A stretch of DNA of 64,000 bases, from NCBI GenBank assembly GCA_965237955.1, contig OZ250169.1:384001-448000 (forward strand), read 5' to 3'. This document shows positions 41,679 through 53,020 of this stretch, one piece after another. Every line of letters begins with the position of its first letter. Position 1 is the first letter of the stretch. The notes beneath the pieces were generated by a model. It was not told where the DNA came from. It saw only the letters and a program-made list of their open reading frames with translations, and ran no database searches. This stretch comes from Candidatus Marinacidobacterales bacterium. Its GTDB lineage: Bacteria; Acidobacteriota; Vicinamibacteria; Marinacidobacterales; SMYC01. A program made the position numbers and the translations under genes.

Positions 41679-43235
41679 ATGGCAGCTAAGAGGTTATCGA
41701 TGAGAAAAATACGAGAGGTTCTAAGGTTAAAGTACGAGCTGGGTTTTACTCACCGCATGATCGCAAAGGCACTTCGCGTGGCGGTTGGAACGGTGAGTGA
41801 GTACCTGGCCAAGGCGAAGAAGGGTGGTCTGAGCTGGCCGCTCCCGGAGGAGCTGAGCGACGGGGAGCTGGAGGCAGGGCTGTTTCCGCCGCCGGGCTCG
41901 TCTGGCGCACGGCCGGGTCTGGACTATGCCCACATCCACGAGGAGCTGAGGCGTCACCGAGAGATGACGTTGCTGCAGCTGTGGGTGGAGTACGCGGAGA
42001 ATAAGCCGGGAGCGTACGGCTACAGCCGTTATTGCGAGCTGTACGGTCAGTGGAAGAAGAAGCTGAACCCGACGATGCGTCAACGGCATCGAGCAGGCGA
42101 GAAGACATTTGTCGATTTTTCGGGGAAGAAGCCTCACATCGTCGATCCGAAAACGGGAGAGCTCGTCGAAATGGAGCTGTTCGTCGGGACGTTGGGCGCG
42201 AGCAGTTACACCTACGTCGAAGCGACACTGAACCAGTCGCTGGAATCGTGGGCGAAGGCCCATAAGGGGATGTCGGATTACTTCGGTGGCAGTACGGAGA
42301 TCTGGGTTCCGGACAACTTGAAGAGCGGCGTGGATTTGGTGGACCGTTACGAGCCAGGGATCAACCGGACGTACGAAGAGCTGGCGACGCATTACGGTGC
42401 GGTTGTGGTCCCGGCTCGGGTGTTCAAGCCGAAAGACAAAGCGAAGGTGGAGTCGGCAGTGCAGGTGGCGCAGCGCTGGATCCTGGCGGTGCTTCGTCAT
42501 CGCACGTTCTTCAGCCTGGCGGAACTGAACGAAGCCATCTGGGAGAAGTTAGAGGTCCTGAATGCGCGTCCGATGCAGAAGCTCGGTGTGAGTCGGCGGG
42601 AGTTGTACGAAAGGCTAGACCGGCCCGTACTGAAACCGCTACCGCAGGAGAGCTACGAGTTATCGACGTGGAAGCGGTGCAGAGTGAACATCGACTACCA
42701 CGTGGAGGTGGAGAACAACTTGTACAGCGTTCCCTATCAGCTCATTCACGAGAAAGTCGAGGCACGGGTGACGGCCTCGGTGGTGGAGGTCCTGTTCAAG
42801 GGAAAGCGCGTCGCGTCGCATCCCCGCAAGAAAGGAAAGGGGCACTACTCCACGAACCCGGAGCATATGCCACGTTCGCATCGGGAGCACCTGGAGTGGA
42901 CGCCGTCGCGGCTGCTCCACTGGGCGGAGCAGTCAGGTCGCGCCACGGGAAGGCTGGTTGCGGGGATTCTAGAGAGTCGGCCTCACCCGGAGCAGGGATT
43001 TCGCTCTTGCCTGGGAGTCATGCGACTAGGCAGCCGCTGGGGCAGTGAGCGTCTCGAGGCCGCTTGCGCACGAGCGGAAGCTTTGAGCTCTTACAGCTAT
43101 CGCACGGTGAAAAACATTCTCTCGGCTGGTCTAGATCGTGTGGTGCTCGAATCGGACGCCGAAGCGAAACCGCGAGAGGAGCACGAGAACATCCGAGGCG
43201 CGGATCACTACGAAGGAGGAGAGTCCCGATGCTGA
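41679..43235 (+). CDS. istA: IS21 transposase IstA, intact DDE
   Basis: TFVDFSG, VPDNLKS, KAKVE. Confidence 0.95.
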   Translation: MAAKRLSMRKIREVLRLKYELGFTHRMIAKALRVAVGTVSEYLAKAKKGGLSWPLPEELSDGELEAGLFPPPGSSGARPGLDYAHIHEELRRHREMTLLQLWVEYAENKPGAYGYSRYCELYGQWKKKLNPTMRQRHRAGEKTFVDFSGKKPHIVDPKTGELVEMELFVGTLGASSYTYVEATLNQSLESWAKAHKGMSDYFGGSTEIWVPDNLKSGVDLVDRYEPGINRTYEELATHYGAVVVPARVFKPKDKAKVESAVQVAQRWILAVLRHRTFFSLAELNEAIWEKLEVLNARPMQKLGVSRRELYERLDRPVLKPLPQESYELSTWKRCRVNIDYHVEVENNLYSVPYQLIHEKVEARVTASVVEVLFKGKRVASHPRKKGKGHYSTNPEHMPRSHREHLEWTPSRLLHWAEQSGRATGRLVAGILESRPHPEQGFRSCLGVMRLGSRWGSERLEAACARAEALSSYSYRTVKNILSAGLDRVVLESDAEAKPREEHENIRGADHYEGGESRC

Positions 43236-43987
43236 CACCCGAAACGATAGAAAAGATGAACGCCATGAAGTTGTTCGGCTTGGTGTCCGCGTTCGAAACC
43301 CAGTTGAGCTCGAGCGAATACAAGGAGCTGAGCTTCGAGGAACGTGTGGGACTCCTGGTCGATGCCGAGTGGACCGCCCGCGAACAGCGTAAGCTTTCTC
43401 GACGACTGCGAGCGGCAAAGCTCCGCTATCCGGCATGTTTGGAGAACGTGAACTTCCAAGCGCCTCGAGGCTTAAACCGCGAACAGATCTTGAGCCTGGG
43501 CAACTGCCGCTTTGTCGGTGAGCGCCATAACCTGCTCATCACCGGCCCGACGGGGATTGGCAAATCGTTCTTGGCTTGCGCCTTCGTGGAGCGGGCCTGT
43601 CGTCGCGGCTTCACCGGATGCTACGTGCGAGCACCGCGCTTGCTCCACGAGCTCGCGGTCGCTCGTGGTGATGGTTCCTACGCCCGGCTTTTGACGAAAC
43701 TCGCCAAGCTGGACTTACTGGCTATCGATGATTGGCTGCTTCACCCGCTGAAAGAATCGGAGAGACGGGATCTAATGGAGGTCATCGAAGACCGCGCCGA
43801 GCGTGGCTCCACACTCATCGCGACCCAGATTCCGCTCAAGCAGTGGCACGAAGCGATTGGCGACCCAAACCAGGCAGACGCTATCTGCGATCGCATTCTC
43901 CACAGCGCGCACCGCATCACTCTCAAAGGAGCTTCTCTGAGAAAGACCAAGGCTGCGCCAAAGGCATTTGACAACGCCGATGCATGA
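43229..43987 (+). CDS. istB: IS21 ATPase IstB
   Basis: GPTGIGKS, LLAIDDW. Confidence 0.95.
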   Translation: MLTPETIEKMNAMKLFGLVSAFETQLSSSEYKELSFEERVGLLVDAEWTAREQRKLSRRLRAAKLRYPACLENVNFQAPRGLNREQILSLGNCRFVGERHNLLITGPTGIGKSFLACAFVERACRRGFTGCYVRAPRLLHELAVARGDGSYARLLTKLAKLDLLAIDDWLLHPLKESERRDLMEVIEDRAERGSTLIATQIPLKQWHEAIGDPNQADAICDRILHSAHRITLKGASLRKTKAAPKAFDNADA

Positions 43988-44408
43988 GCGAGCGAGGGAT
44001 CACAGCGTCGATGCGATAAAAACGGGTGAAACCGCCAAACCCGGGGTACCAGACGATGCGGTGCCAAAACGACGCGCGAGAATGCCTCAGGAAGCGTCTT
44101 CTCGAGCCAGGCCATACCCCAGCAACCCCCCGAAACCAGCCCCACATCGCCCGGGGTTCGGCCGCGGCAGGTCGCTGCCTACGGGAGCGGGAAGGTCGCT
44201 TCGCGTCTTTCCTTACGCCCGCTCCCTCCGGCACCGACCTGCCGCCCCTTGCTACACAACACGCAGGTAAGATAGGTTCACGTTTTCAATCAGTGGGAAG
44301 GAGGTCACCCAACACTTCATCGCTTCGATGAGCGTTCGGCTTCACCGGATTCGCTGTTCAGCTTGCTCTGGATTCGGCGTTCACGATGGCTGGAATACGC
44401 AATAACAA

Positions 44409-45232
44409 TGAGTAACGGCCGTAGGTGGCGCCGGAGGGGTTACGACACGGCCCTCTTTCAGGCATCCGGGAGGTTGAAATTGCCGTATAGAAAATTTGAT
44501 TGAAGCAAATTCGATTCCGGCTCGAACGACCACCCGTCGATGATGCGTGCGGGGACCAGCACGTGGTGGCTTCCGTTAAGTCACTGTAAAAAAAACAGGA
44601 TAGAACGCTGTGGGCATCAGGGCTTCTCTGAGTTTTCGCCTACATTGCCCCAACCACGCGCACGGCCAAAAGTTCGATCCTGACTCCCAAAATCGCCAAA
44701 ATACCTTTTGCCGAGACCGGATGGCTCGAGACTGCACCATCCGCCACCCAGTCTTGCAAATTGTGGCACTGCAGAGACGGGTGATATTTTCCGTGCGGTG
44801 GGCGGGGTTTTGCAGAGATAGGTGTCACCAGAGACGCGCTCGAAGGGCTGAACTGGCCTCATTTTCGGTTTTGGTCTCTAACCTCGATTTTCGAGTGCCA
44901 CGTTTGCGCCAAATAGGGGAGCGGGCCGCTGACCGGGGGCCGTACGGCGGCCGAAAAGAGGCCACCCGAGAGGCCCAGGATCGAGGCCGGGGCTACCGGG
45001 GCGTAGCAGGCTAGCACGTTCTGGTCCAGGTGCGGCCCGGGCCTGGATCCAGGTCTCCGCCCGGGAGCGTGGCATCCCGTTGCTCGACGGTGTTTTCCCT
45101 GCGCGTACGGAGAAGCCGAATCGCCGACATCGCCTCCGACACGCCCCAGATCTGGGGCTTGCCACGGGGCGATGACGATCGAAACGGCCCGGCGCGCCAG
45201 TCTTGAGTTCGTTTGTGTTTTTGGACAGGACG
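44409..45232. repeat. Non-coding duplicated block, copy 2, ending in a lineage B IS end
   Basis: Aligns with about 2386-3253. Confidence 0.8.
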
Positions 45233-45419
45233 GGTCCAGAATCGTGGCTGGGGCTACCCGCGGCACAGCGTTCTGGCACGTTCTGGTCCAGGTGGGCCTG
45301 GGCCTCCTTGGTGTCCTTACTTGCCTCGGATTCGGTCTCAATCAGGGTCCGGCAATGCTTGAGAGGGTCCGCGCACCCTCCCTCGTCAGCCACCTCGGGA
45401 GCCCGAGCCCCCGCACCCC

Positions 45420-46322
45420 CTACGCGGCCTCGTAGGTGATCGAGAAGATCGTGTCTGTCAGCCACCGCCGGAACGACTCGTTGTCGCTGAACTGCTTGAA
45501 CAACTCCGTGTCGTCCTGCAGCAGCGCCGTCATCACCCGCCGGAGCGCCTTGTCGTGCTCGATCCGCGCGTTCTGCTTGTCGGAGTTCTGCTTGGCGTTC
45601 TGGTAGGCTCTGTCGGCCGCCACGCGGTTCGGAATTTCCTCCGTGATGAGTCGGTGAACGCGGTCGCCGTCGGTCCAGGGGATGTTACCGAACTGATCGT
45701 TGAAAGCCTTGAGGATGTCCGAGAGCCGGTCGAGTTCGGGTGGCGGCCTGTGGCCGCCACCGTTAGTCGGAACCGGCTCGATCTCAGCGTCCTCGTCCGC
45801 CAGTTGGACGTGTATCGCCGCCTTCTTCTCGACCCGGTAGCTGTCCATATCGATGGACTCAAGGATGCCTTTGGACAGATCCTCTTCCACAGGCGCGGGA
45901 AGCTTCGGCACAAGGAAGTTCAGGAAGATCGAGAGCTTCTCCCACTCGGCGTGCGTGTATGGCAGGATTGAGGCGAGGAAGCCGTACGCGCGCTCGAACG
46001 CCTTGGCCTTGCCCTTGAAGTCCACCTGCCCGTCCTCGTCGAGTCGCTCCTTGTAGACCGCGACGCAGGCGTCGAGGATGGGGTCGAGCTGGTCGCGGTC
46101 GGCCCCACCCAGGTAGAGCGTCACGAGCTGGTCGCTCTCCGCGTCGGCATATACTTGATAGCCGTCGAGCGCGGCCTTGAGGTCGTGCAACTTGTTGGGA
46201 TCGGTCTCCTCGCTGAGGACCGTCGTCCGGTAGTAGTCAGCGAACGCCTCTTGGATGGTGTCGGCATCGTTCATGAAGTCGAGCACGAATGCGTCGTGTT
46301 TCTGCGGGTGCGCTCGATTGAG
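45420..46322 (-). pseudogene. hsdR: Type I restriction enzyme R subunit, C-terminal fragment
   Basis: LNRAHPQKHD.FVLDF.N, ETDPNKLHDLK, FKGKAKAF.R.YGFL, ELFKQFSDNESF. Confidence 0.85.
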
Positions 46323-46565
46323 ACCAATGCTCTGGAGAATCTCAACCGCGAGTTTCGACGCCGGACGAAAACCCAAGCGTCGTTCTCCAGCGAGGAGTCC
46401 GCGCGGTCGCCTCTGGCCAGATTCAACTACGACGCATCGACGGCTACCAACGTCTGAGCGAGGTTCTCGAACACGCGCAGGTTGCCGCCTGATCTGATAC
46501 CCTGATGACGGAGTGGAGGGCGCTGTTCTTTTTCCACGGACCTCGGGACACATCCCGAGTACGAG

Positions 46566-47273
46566 ATGAACTACTATCGGTCGCAAGAAGGCTCGCTAGA
46601 GATGGCGAGACTCTTGCTTCCCGCTTGGAATGTACATCTAGTTCCCGAATCTGTGCGCCGCGCCTTTCATTTTCGTTACCTCAGTCCCTTCCTCACCGAA
46701 TACGAGATGTGGAGAGTCCCACCCAATCATTTTAGTGACAGAAGGGAAGAAGCTCTAGCGCTGAAAGCGCATTTTACGCCGAGTGATAGCATCGTTCTCG
46801 GGAAGATCGGGATCATCGGGTACTACTCTGGCTTACACATCTACGACCGCAGCGGTCTAGTCGACCGGCGCGTTTCGATGCGCCCTCGCAAGGGCGACCA
46901 GCTCCGCATGCCGGGGCACGATAGCAAGGTTTCTACCGATTTCTTTCTTGCGGACGAGCCTACCATCGTGCTTCACGAGAGGGTAGACGGACCGCCACCT
47001 CATCGAAAGCATCCCGAATACCCGTTGCTTCGGCGCATTAGAATGAAAGCTGAGTCCTGGAGGAAATTGTAGGTCTGGCCACGCTACGTGCCGGAGGTTC
47101 TACCGCTGAACGCCTCGGAGCAAGGCAGCCCTAATGTACTCATGGTCCTGCAGTTGATCGAAGAAAAACCCAACATCACTACATTACCCCTTCCACAGCA
47201 ACGTGCCATGCGCGAGGAGTGGGCCCGGGAAGCATGGGCTCACTTTTTTGGGCGATGGCCGCCTAACCCATGA
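46566..47273 (+). pseudogene. Fragment of a membrane glycosyltransferase-like protein with an in-frame stop
   Basis: IGIIGYYSGLHIYDRSGLVD, PGHDSK; TAG at 47070-47072 with the frame continuing. Confidence 0.5.
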
Positions 47274-47493
47274 GTTCGGAGCTCGGTCAAATTGCCCAGC
47301 TCCGAACTTCCCAGAGAAATGAACTCTTCGGCTGCGGGAGAGCGAGCTAATCGTGATCACCGAAGCAGATCTAGATGACGACCACATCGAAGTCAAGGAT
47401 GTGCGGAAATTGCACGCCGATCGCGGGCGGTCCGGTGGTGATAGACGAAAGACGTGCAGGAGCAACAGCGAGCGCGACGGGGTATCTTCAGTG

Positions 47494-49317
47494 ATGAAGT
47501 GGGTGAGGTGGTTTCTCCCAGTGTTGTGCTTCGTTTCGAGTTGCGCGTCACCTCCGGAGAATCCCTCCTTACCCGTTCTCTTCGCGCGGCAGGTCAACAA
47601 AGCAGAAAAAGACTATGACGAGGCCCTTTTTCTCTCCTATCGTAAGGATGGATTGCTGTCGGCGCCGGTCACTTTGGGAAAGGAGACCCGTCGCTCTCTC
47701 ACGCCTCCCGTTCCCTCGCGCCTTACCTTTACGATTCCAATTCCTGCCGAGCCGCTGCTGAGTTTCTCCATCGGCATCTCCACCCTTGGAGAGCAAACGC
47801 TCGTCCAGCCCGTCCGCTTCACCATCTATGTGGACGAAGACATCGCCTTCGAGGAGACGGTGCGCAACCAACCGAATATCTGGCTCCCTCGTACGGTGGA
47901 CTTGTCCAAATGGTCTGGAAGAACAGTTCGCCTCGGCTTCCAGACTGTCGTGCGCGGAAGGAGCCCGGAGGGCACCGGTAGCGCATTCCTTCCGGCTTGG
48001 GGGAATCCGATGCTGGATGGATCTCCGGCGAATGAAGACGGAACGAATCTGGTGCTGATATCGGTGGATTGTCTTCGCGCCGATCATGTCAGCACCTACG
48101 GGTACGCGAGGAATACCACCCCCAATATCGATCGCTTCGGCACTGAAGGAGTTGTCTTCCCCAACGCCACCAGCGTCTCCTCTTGGACACTCCCCACTCA
48201 CATGTCCATGATGACCGGCCTGATGCCGTCCCTTCACGGAGTCAGTCAAAAGTACAAGCTAAGCTCTTCCGTTCCCTACCTTCCCGAGATACTCGCGGAC
48301 AACGGCTACCAGACGTTTGGTGTCGCTGCCGGCGACTACGTCTCGCAGGAGTGGGGCTTCGAGCGTGGCTTCGATGTTTACCGCATGCTCATCAGGCGTC
48401 GCGCCAGCGAGATCGTCGATGAGGCACTTGAGCTAGTACGAGGGACTCGAAGCGCAAAGAAATTCTTGTTCGTGCACCTGTTCGATGCTCACTGGCCTTA
48501 TGTTCCGCCGCGAGGCTTCCTCGATCGGTTCGACGAGCGCCCACCGGATATCTCCGATATCCTGACCAAGGTGCGTGATGGCGTGCCGCCCTCCGGGCCA
48601 GAGGAAATCCATCAGCTTGTAAATCTATACGATGGGGAGATCGCGTACCTCGATCAAGAGCTGGGAAGATTCTTTGCCGGACTCAAGGAAGCAGGCATTT
48701 ACCGCCGATCCCTGATCATTCTCACCGCCGACCACGGCGAATCTTTTTACGAACACAATGCATGGGAACACATGGGTTCACTTTTCGAGGAGGTTACACA
48801 CATTCCGCTGATCGTGAAATGGCCTGGAGAGTCTCCCACCGGGACCGCCGAGTCCCTGGTAAGTCAGCTCAACATCTTCCCCACCCTGCTCGAGGAATCA
48901 GGACTCGTTCCCCCATACGACCACGTCTCGCTCGCCCGATTCCTTGGAGAAAGCCCGGCTCCTTCGAAGAACGCCCTGAGCGAGTTTACCTGGGATGCCA
49001 AAGAAGGCCAGGGAGCGATGATGAAGATTGCCGTCAAGGATAACCGGCTCAAGTATATTTTGATGCTTGCCGGAGAGGTCGAAGACGAGCTTTTTGTCTC
49101 GGACGTGGTGAACGAGGAGCTCTACGATCTCATCGAGGACCCCGGCGAGCAAAAGAACTTGCTTCCCGAGACGACGGCCGATATCGGCCCGTTGCGGAGC
49201 GATGCCCGCTTGCTGCTGGAAAAGGCCCGGGCCCTACAGGCCAAGCGACGGGGCCAGGAAGTCGTTCTGGATAAAGAGCTCTCGGAGCGTCTCAAGGCCC
49301 TGGGCTACATCAATTAG
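47494..49317 (+). CDS. Sulfatase/alkaline-phosphatase superfamily lipoprotein
   Basis: Lipobox-like FVSSC, ISVDCLRADH, TPNID, WTLPTH, YDGEI, TADHGE, ELYDL..DPGE, LKALGYI. Confidence 0.9.
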   Translation: MKWVRWFLPVLCFVSSCASPPENPSLPVLFARQVNKAEKDYDEALFLSYRKDGLLSAPVTLGKETRRSLTPPVPSRLTFTIPIPAEPLLSFSIGISTLGEQTLVQPVRFTIYVDEDIAFEETVRNQPNIWLPRTVDLSKWSGRTVRLGFQTVVRGRSPEGTGSAFLPAWGNPMLDGSPANEDGTNLVLISVDCLRADHVSTYGYARNTTPNIDRFGTEGVVFPNATSVSSWTLPTHMSMMTGLMPSLHGVSQKYKLSSSVPYLPEILADNGYQTFGVAAGDYVSQEWGFERGFDVYRMLIRRRASEIVDEALELVRGTRSAKKFLFVHLFDAHWPYVPPRGFLDRFDERPPDISDILTKVRDGVPPSGPEEIHQLVNLYDGEIAYLDQELGRFFAGLKEAGIYRRSLIILTADHGESFYEHNAWEHMGSLFEEVTHIPLIVKWPGESPTGTAESLVSQLNIFPTLLEESGLVPPYDHVSLARFLGESPAPSKNALSEFTWDAKEGQGAMMKIAVKDNRLKYILMLAGEVEDELFVSDVVNEELYDLIEDPGEQKNLLPETTADIGPLRSDARLLLEKARALQAKRRGQEVVLDKELSERLKALGYIN

Positions 49318-49630
49318 TCATGCGCGGTCTGCCGTGACCGACCGCTTTCGGGATCTCATCAGAAACCGCGGATTTTCCTTCGCTAGACGTAGGACGAGCT
49401 CCGTGATCTCGACCATCAACTCTAGGCGCGTATGGTGCAAATAGTACGTCGAGCTCGACGTCGGCCTGTGGAGGGTCGATGACCGGATCTGCGCGAACGC
49501 GAGGATTCGATGGGCCGCCAGCCGAGGTCAATGCCACGACGATACGAAACCCACGGGGCGGCTCGGACGGCACTCGAACGTATCTACTCAGGCAGCCGCA
49601 CGATAGTAATAGCGAAGTAGGCCGCCGAGT

Positions 49631-50873
49631 TGCCTTGGTGCACAACTCGCGATCTCGGTCCACAATTGTCCTGTACTCGCGGATTCGAGGTTCCCCATGA
49701 GCATTTTCAAACGCACTCAGCGGAAGTATGTGAAGAAGGCCTATCGCGTGAGGAATTGGCGTGAATATGAGGCGGGTCTACGCAACCGCGGTAGCCTGAC
49801 CGTCTGGATCTCGCTCACCGCCGGCAAGCTTGTGAACTGGGACGCGCCCCGGCCAAGGAGGAGGAAACCGGGCCGTCAACGCAAGTACTCGAACCACGCC
49901 ATCGAGACGGCTGTCACCCTGGGCATGGTGTTTCATCTGTCGTCTAGGCAGAGCGAGGGATTGCTGCGATCGTTGTTCGCTCTGATGAAGCTAGACAATG
50001 ATGTGCCCGATCACACCACGATCTCGAGGCGCAAGCAGAAGCTGGGTAAGGTCCCCTTCTACCAAGACAAGCAGAAGACGCCGTTGCACATCTTGATCGA
50101 CAGCATCGACGAGCAGAGTGGCGAAGTCGTCGCCTGCGAGCTGACGAGCAAAAGAGCCCGCGATTCATCGCGGGTTGCATCGCTTGTCGGACAGATCGAC
50201 AGTCCCATCTCATCGGCCAGAGCTGACACCGCATACGACGCCAGCAGCGTCTATGAGGCGATCGAGAATCACAGCGCTCATCGCTCGCCGAGGGTGCTGA
50301 TACCGCCGCGCAAGGGCGCCCTGCTCGCATCGGAGCCGGCGAGCAGCCGACAGCGTAATCGCAACATTGCAGCAGAAGCTTGGCTCGGCAAACGAAAGTG
50401 GCACACAGAATCGGGCTACAGCAAACGGAGCAAAGTCGAGACAACGTTCCATCGCTACAAGGCTATCGTGGGCTCAGCAATGCGAGCGAGAGGGTTGGCG
50501 TGCACAGAGAGTCGAGGCAAGGATCGGGTGCAAGATTCTCAACACCATGACGGTGTTGTTTTTTATATTGAATCGCGAAGATTTCTCATTCGTGATTCAC
50601 CTCGACCGGCAACCACGTACGAGCAGAAGACGGGAGGCGCAGACGGGGTCAAGGGCGCGTAGCGGCTCGCGTAGCGAGCGAACCCTTGACGCCGTCGAGC
50701 ACTCCCGTACCCTCATGGAGTGGTGGCCGTTCTTGATATTTCATCGCGGTGGATTACGGATTAAAGTGATAAACAACAGACGGCGCTCGGGATGCCTGAT
50801 AGCGAGATGATCGGATGATGGGAGTCGGGGCCAAGCGAGCTCTCGGCCTCTATCGGAGTTGTGCACCAAGGCA
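49631..50873 (+). mobile_element. Degenerate IS5 (IS903-like) element
   Basis: GCCTTGGTGCACAAC...TTGTGCACCAAGGC; ORF from 49697 has an internal deletion, a frameshift and a MITE. Confidence 0.85.
50554..50778. mobile_element. 225-bp MITE F with TGT...ACA ends, copy 1
   Basis: TGTTGTTT...AAACAACA; 5-bp TSD GACGG; host frame resumes ALGMPDSEMIG*. Confidence 0.88.
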
Positions 50874-50993
50874 GCTGATCGATGCAACCGCACCTGCCCC
50901 CCAAGATACTGGGCTTGAGCCCGTCGTGAACCCACCATGCTGAGCATCAGAAACGACCGTCAGCCTCAACTTGACCAATGCCAGCCTGAGTGT

Positions 50994-52223
50994 TCACCGC
51001 GAAAAGAGGTTCAGATCGCCGAGCTGGCGGACGATCTCGTGAGCGGCAACATCGTGACCGCGTGGCGTCCAGTGGATGTCTTTCCGGTAGTAGAGCTCGG
51101 GACCCTCGCGGGCTGCGTCTCTGAGCGCACCCCGCACGTCGATCACCGGAACACCTAGCTCCTCGCCGATCTTCGAGACGAGGCGTTGCGGCTTGTCGAG
51201 ATCGAAATCCGTGGGGTCCAGCCCGTAAAGGCTCTGAGTGTGCTCCCACATGGCTGGATAGATCTGCTCGCCGATGGGGATGGCCACGATCACTAGGCGG
51301 GCGCCGCGTTCGTGGGTCCACGCGTCCATTTGCGCCAGGATCCCTCGAACCTGGTCCCACGCGTTATCTAGCTCGGGTGGGTACTTCTTCAACAGGAGCG
51401 CCTCCATGTTGAAGACGGTGAACTCCTTGAGCGCACCCTCGGTAGCGGGTCGGAGCCGCGCGCGGAGTGCGTCGTAGCGACGCTGCAGGAAGAGATAGCT
51501 ATGCAGGTTGCGCTTGAGGACGTCCTTGAACGGAATCGGGAGTGCCCCAGTCGATTGGATTCCCTGGCGCTCCGGCAGGGTGCCGTCGCGCACGATCTCG
51601 CCGGACCGGAGCGGGTGCCAGTAGCGGTTGATGATCTCGTCCTTCCAATGCAGAAAGCCGTCGCGATCGACTACGAAGCGATCCCATCCGCACATCACAT
51701 CGCGTACGTCGTTGCCGACATAGAAGCCGACGATCACGAGATCGGGCTGCAGGACTCCGCCGTCTGTCTCTAGAAGGCGAGCCTCATTGCCGAGGCCCAT
51801 CCCACCGGCTCCGGCGTTGACGACCTGGACGGGGCGTCCTGGTGAACCTGTGTCGCGGAGCAGATCTTCGATCCGTTCGAGGTAGACCTCCTCGGCTTCG
51901 ACGCCGCTGCCGAACGTGAACGAGTCGCCGAGGCCGACGACGCGGTAGGCGTCGGCAGCGCGGGCTTCGGGCTCAGCCGGGACTCTGTAGCCGCGCTCGT
52001 CGATGAAGACGAGCGTGTCGTACTCGGGATTTCGCTCGTGGCCGACGAAGCCTGGGCGATGGCGGAATCCAACCTCGGAATCCGAGATGTAGAGACCTTT
52101 GAGCGTGAGCACTGTCTGAGGTGCGAGGGTGCGGACACCCACCTCGAAGAGAACGCCGATGGCCACGAGACTGGCGGTGAGCATCAGCAGGTTCAGCAGC
52201 AGCTCGCGACGTGTGATGGACAC
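50994..52223 (-). CDS. SGNH/GDSL-fold (AlgJ/AlgX-like) protein
   Basis: N-terminal TM, LGDSFTFG, VGND, DIHWT. Confidence 0.85.
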   Translation of the reverse strand: MSITRRELLLNLLMLTASLVAIGVLFEVGVRTLAPQTVLTLKGLYISDSEVGFRHRPGFVGHERNPEYDTLVFIDERGYRVPAEPEARAADAYRVVGLGDSFTFGSGVEAEEVYLERIEDLLRDTGSPGRPVQVVNAGAGGMGLGNEARLLETDGGVLQPDLVIVGFYVGNDVRDVMCGWDRFVVDRDGFLHWKDEIINRYWHPLRSGEIVRDGTLPERQGIQSTGALPIPFKDVLKRNLHSYLFLQRRYDALRARLRPATEGALKEFTVFNMEALLLKKYPPELDNAWDQVRGILAQMDAWTHERGARLVIVAIPIGEQIYPAMWEHTQSLYGLDPTDFDLDKPQRLVSKIGEELGVPVIDVRGALRDAAREGPELYYRKDIHWTPRGHDVAAHEIVRQLGDLNLFSR

Positions 52224-52334
52224 GGAGCGGTGAGATTAGCACATTCTTGAAGTAGCCTGCGGCGGCGTGTCAAAAGCAACAATAGTGAGTAAACGGGGTT
52301 TGACGGTAACAGACACCCAAAATGACCTACCCCG

Positions 52335-52591
52335 GTAGGGTCGAGGGCTGGCGCGGTGCTCCGTAGGCGCGGCCTATCTGTTTCTCCCCGTTTCCTGTGG
52401 GAGTGCCTCACTAGCCGCACCGTAAGTCCGTTTCCAGCCCCCGCCACATCGCACGCAGCGTGCGGCTTTCCCGCACTACGCGCTCCTGCACACTTCCCGC
52501 GAAGGGTTATGTGACCTATCGAGCCGGGGCGTCTTTCGGCGAATCTACGAGATATCGAACTCGGTAATCTGTGAACAGTCCGACAGTCGCG
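52335..52591 (-). ncRNA. Group II intron 3' remnant (domain V + long domain VI)
   Basis: GAGCGCGTAGTGCGGGAAAGCCGCACGCTGCGTGC (D5), then GATGTGGCGGGGGCTGG...CCAGCCCTCGACCCTAC. Confidence 0.78.
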
Positions 52592-52812
52592 TGTTGTTTT
52601 TTATATTGAATCGCGAAGATTTCTCATTCGTGATTCACCTCGACCGGCAACCACGTACGAGCAGAAGACGGGAGGCGCAGACGGGGTCAAGGGCGCGTAG
52701 CGGCTCGCGTAGCGAGCGAACCCCCCCGTCGAGCACTCCCGTACCCTCATGGAGTGGTGGCCGTTCTTGATATTTCATCGCGGTGGATTACGGATTAAAG
52801 TGATAAACAACA
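52592..52812. mobile_element. MITE F, copy 2
   Basis: Near-identical to 50554-50778; no TSD. Confidence 0.85.
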
Positions 52813-52814
52813 AT

Positions 52815-53020
52815 ATGCGAGCGGATGAACTCCCTCCACGTCGTGGTCTTCCGACGCTCTGGTGCGAGCGGAATGCCGTGGCGTTTCAGAATGTTACCGA
52901 CGGTTTGGTCGGCCACTTCATGCCCGAGGTTGGCTAGCGCCCCGGCAATCCGGTCGTAACCCCCAGGATTTGTTCTCCTTGGCGAGACGCACCACCAGCT
53001 CTTCGATGTCGGCGTCGATC
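52815..53020 (-). pseudogene. Lineage C transposase fragment
   Basis: Matches about 9381-9587. Confidence 0.85.

Larger units (their letters stand above)
41481..44401 (+). mobile_element. IS21-family element, copy 2
   Basis: Same ends as copy 1; 7-bp TSD ATAACAA (41474-41480 and 44402-44408). Confidence 0.95.
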
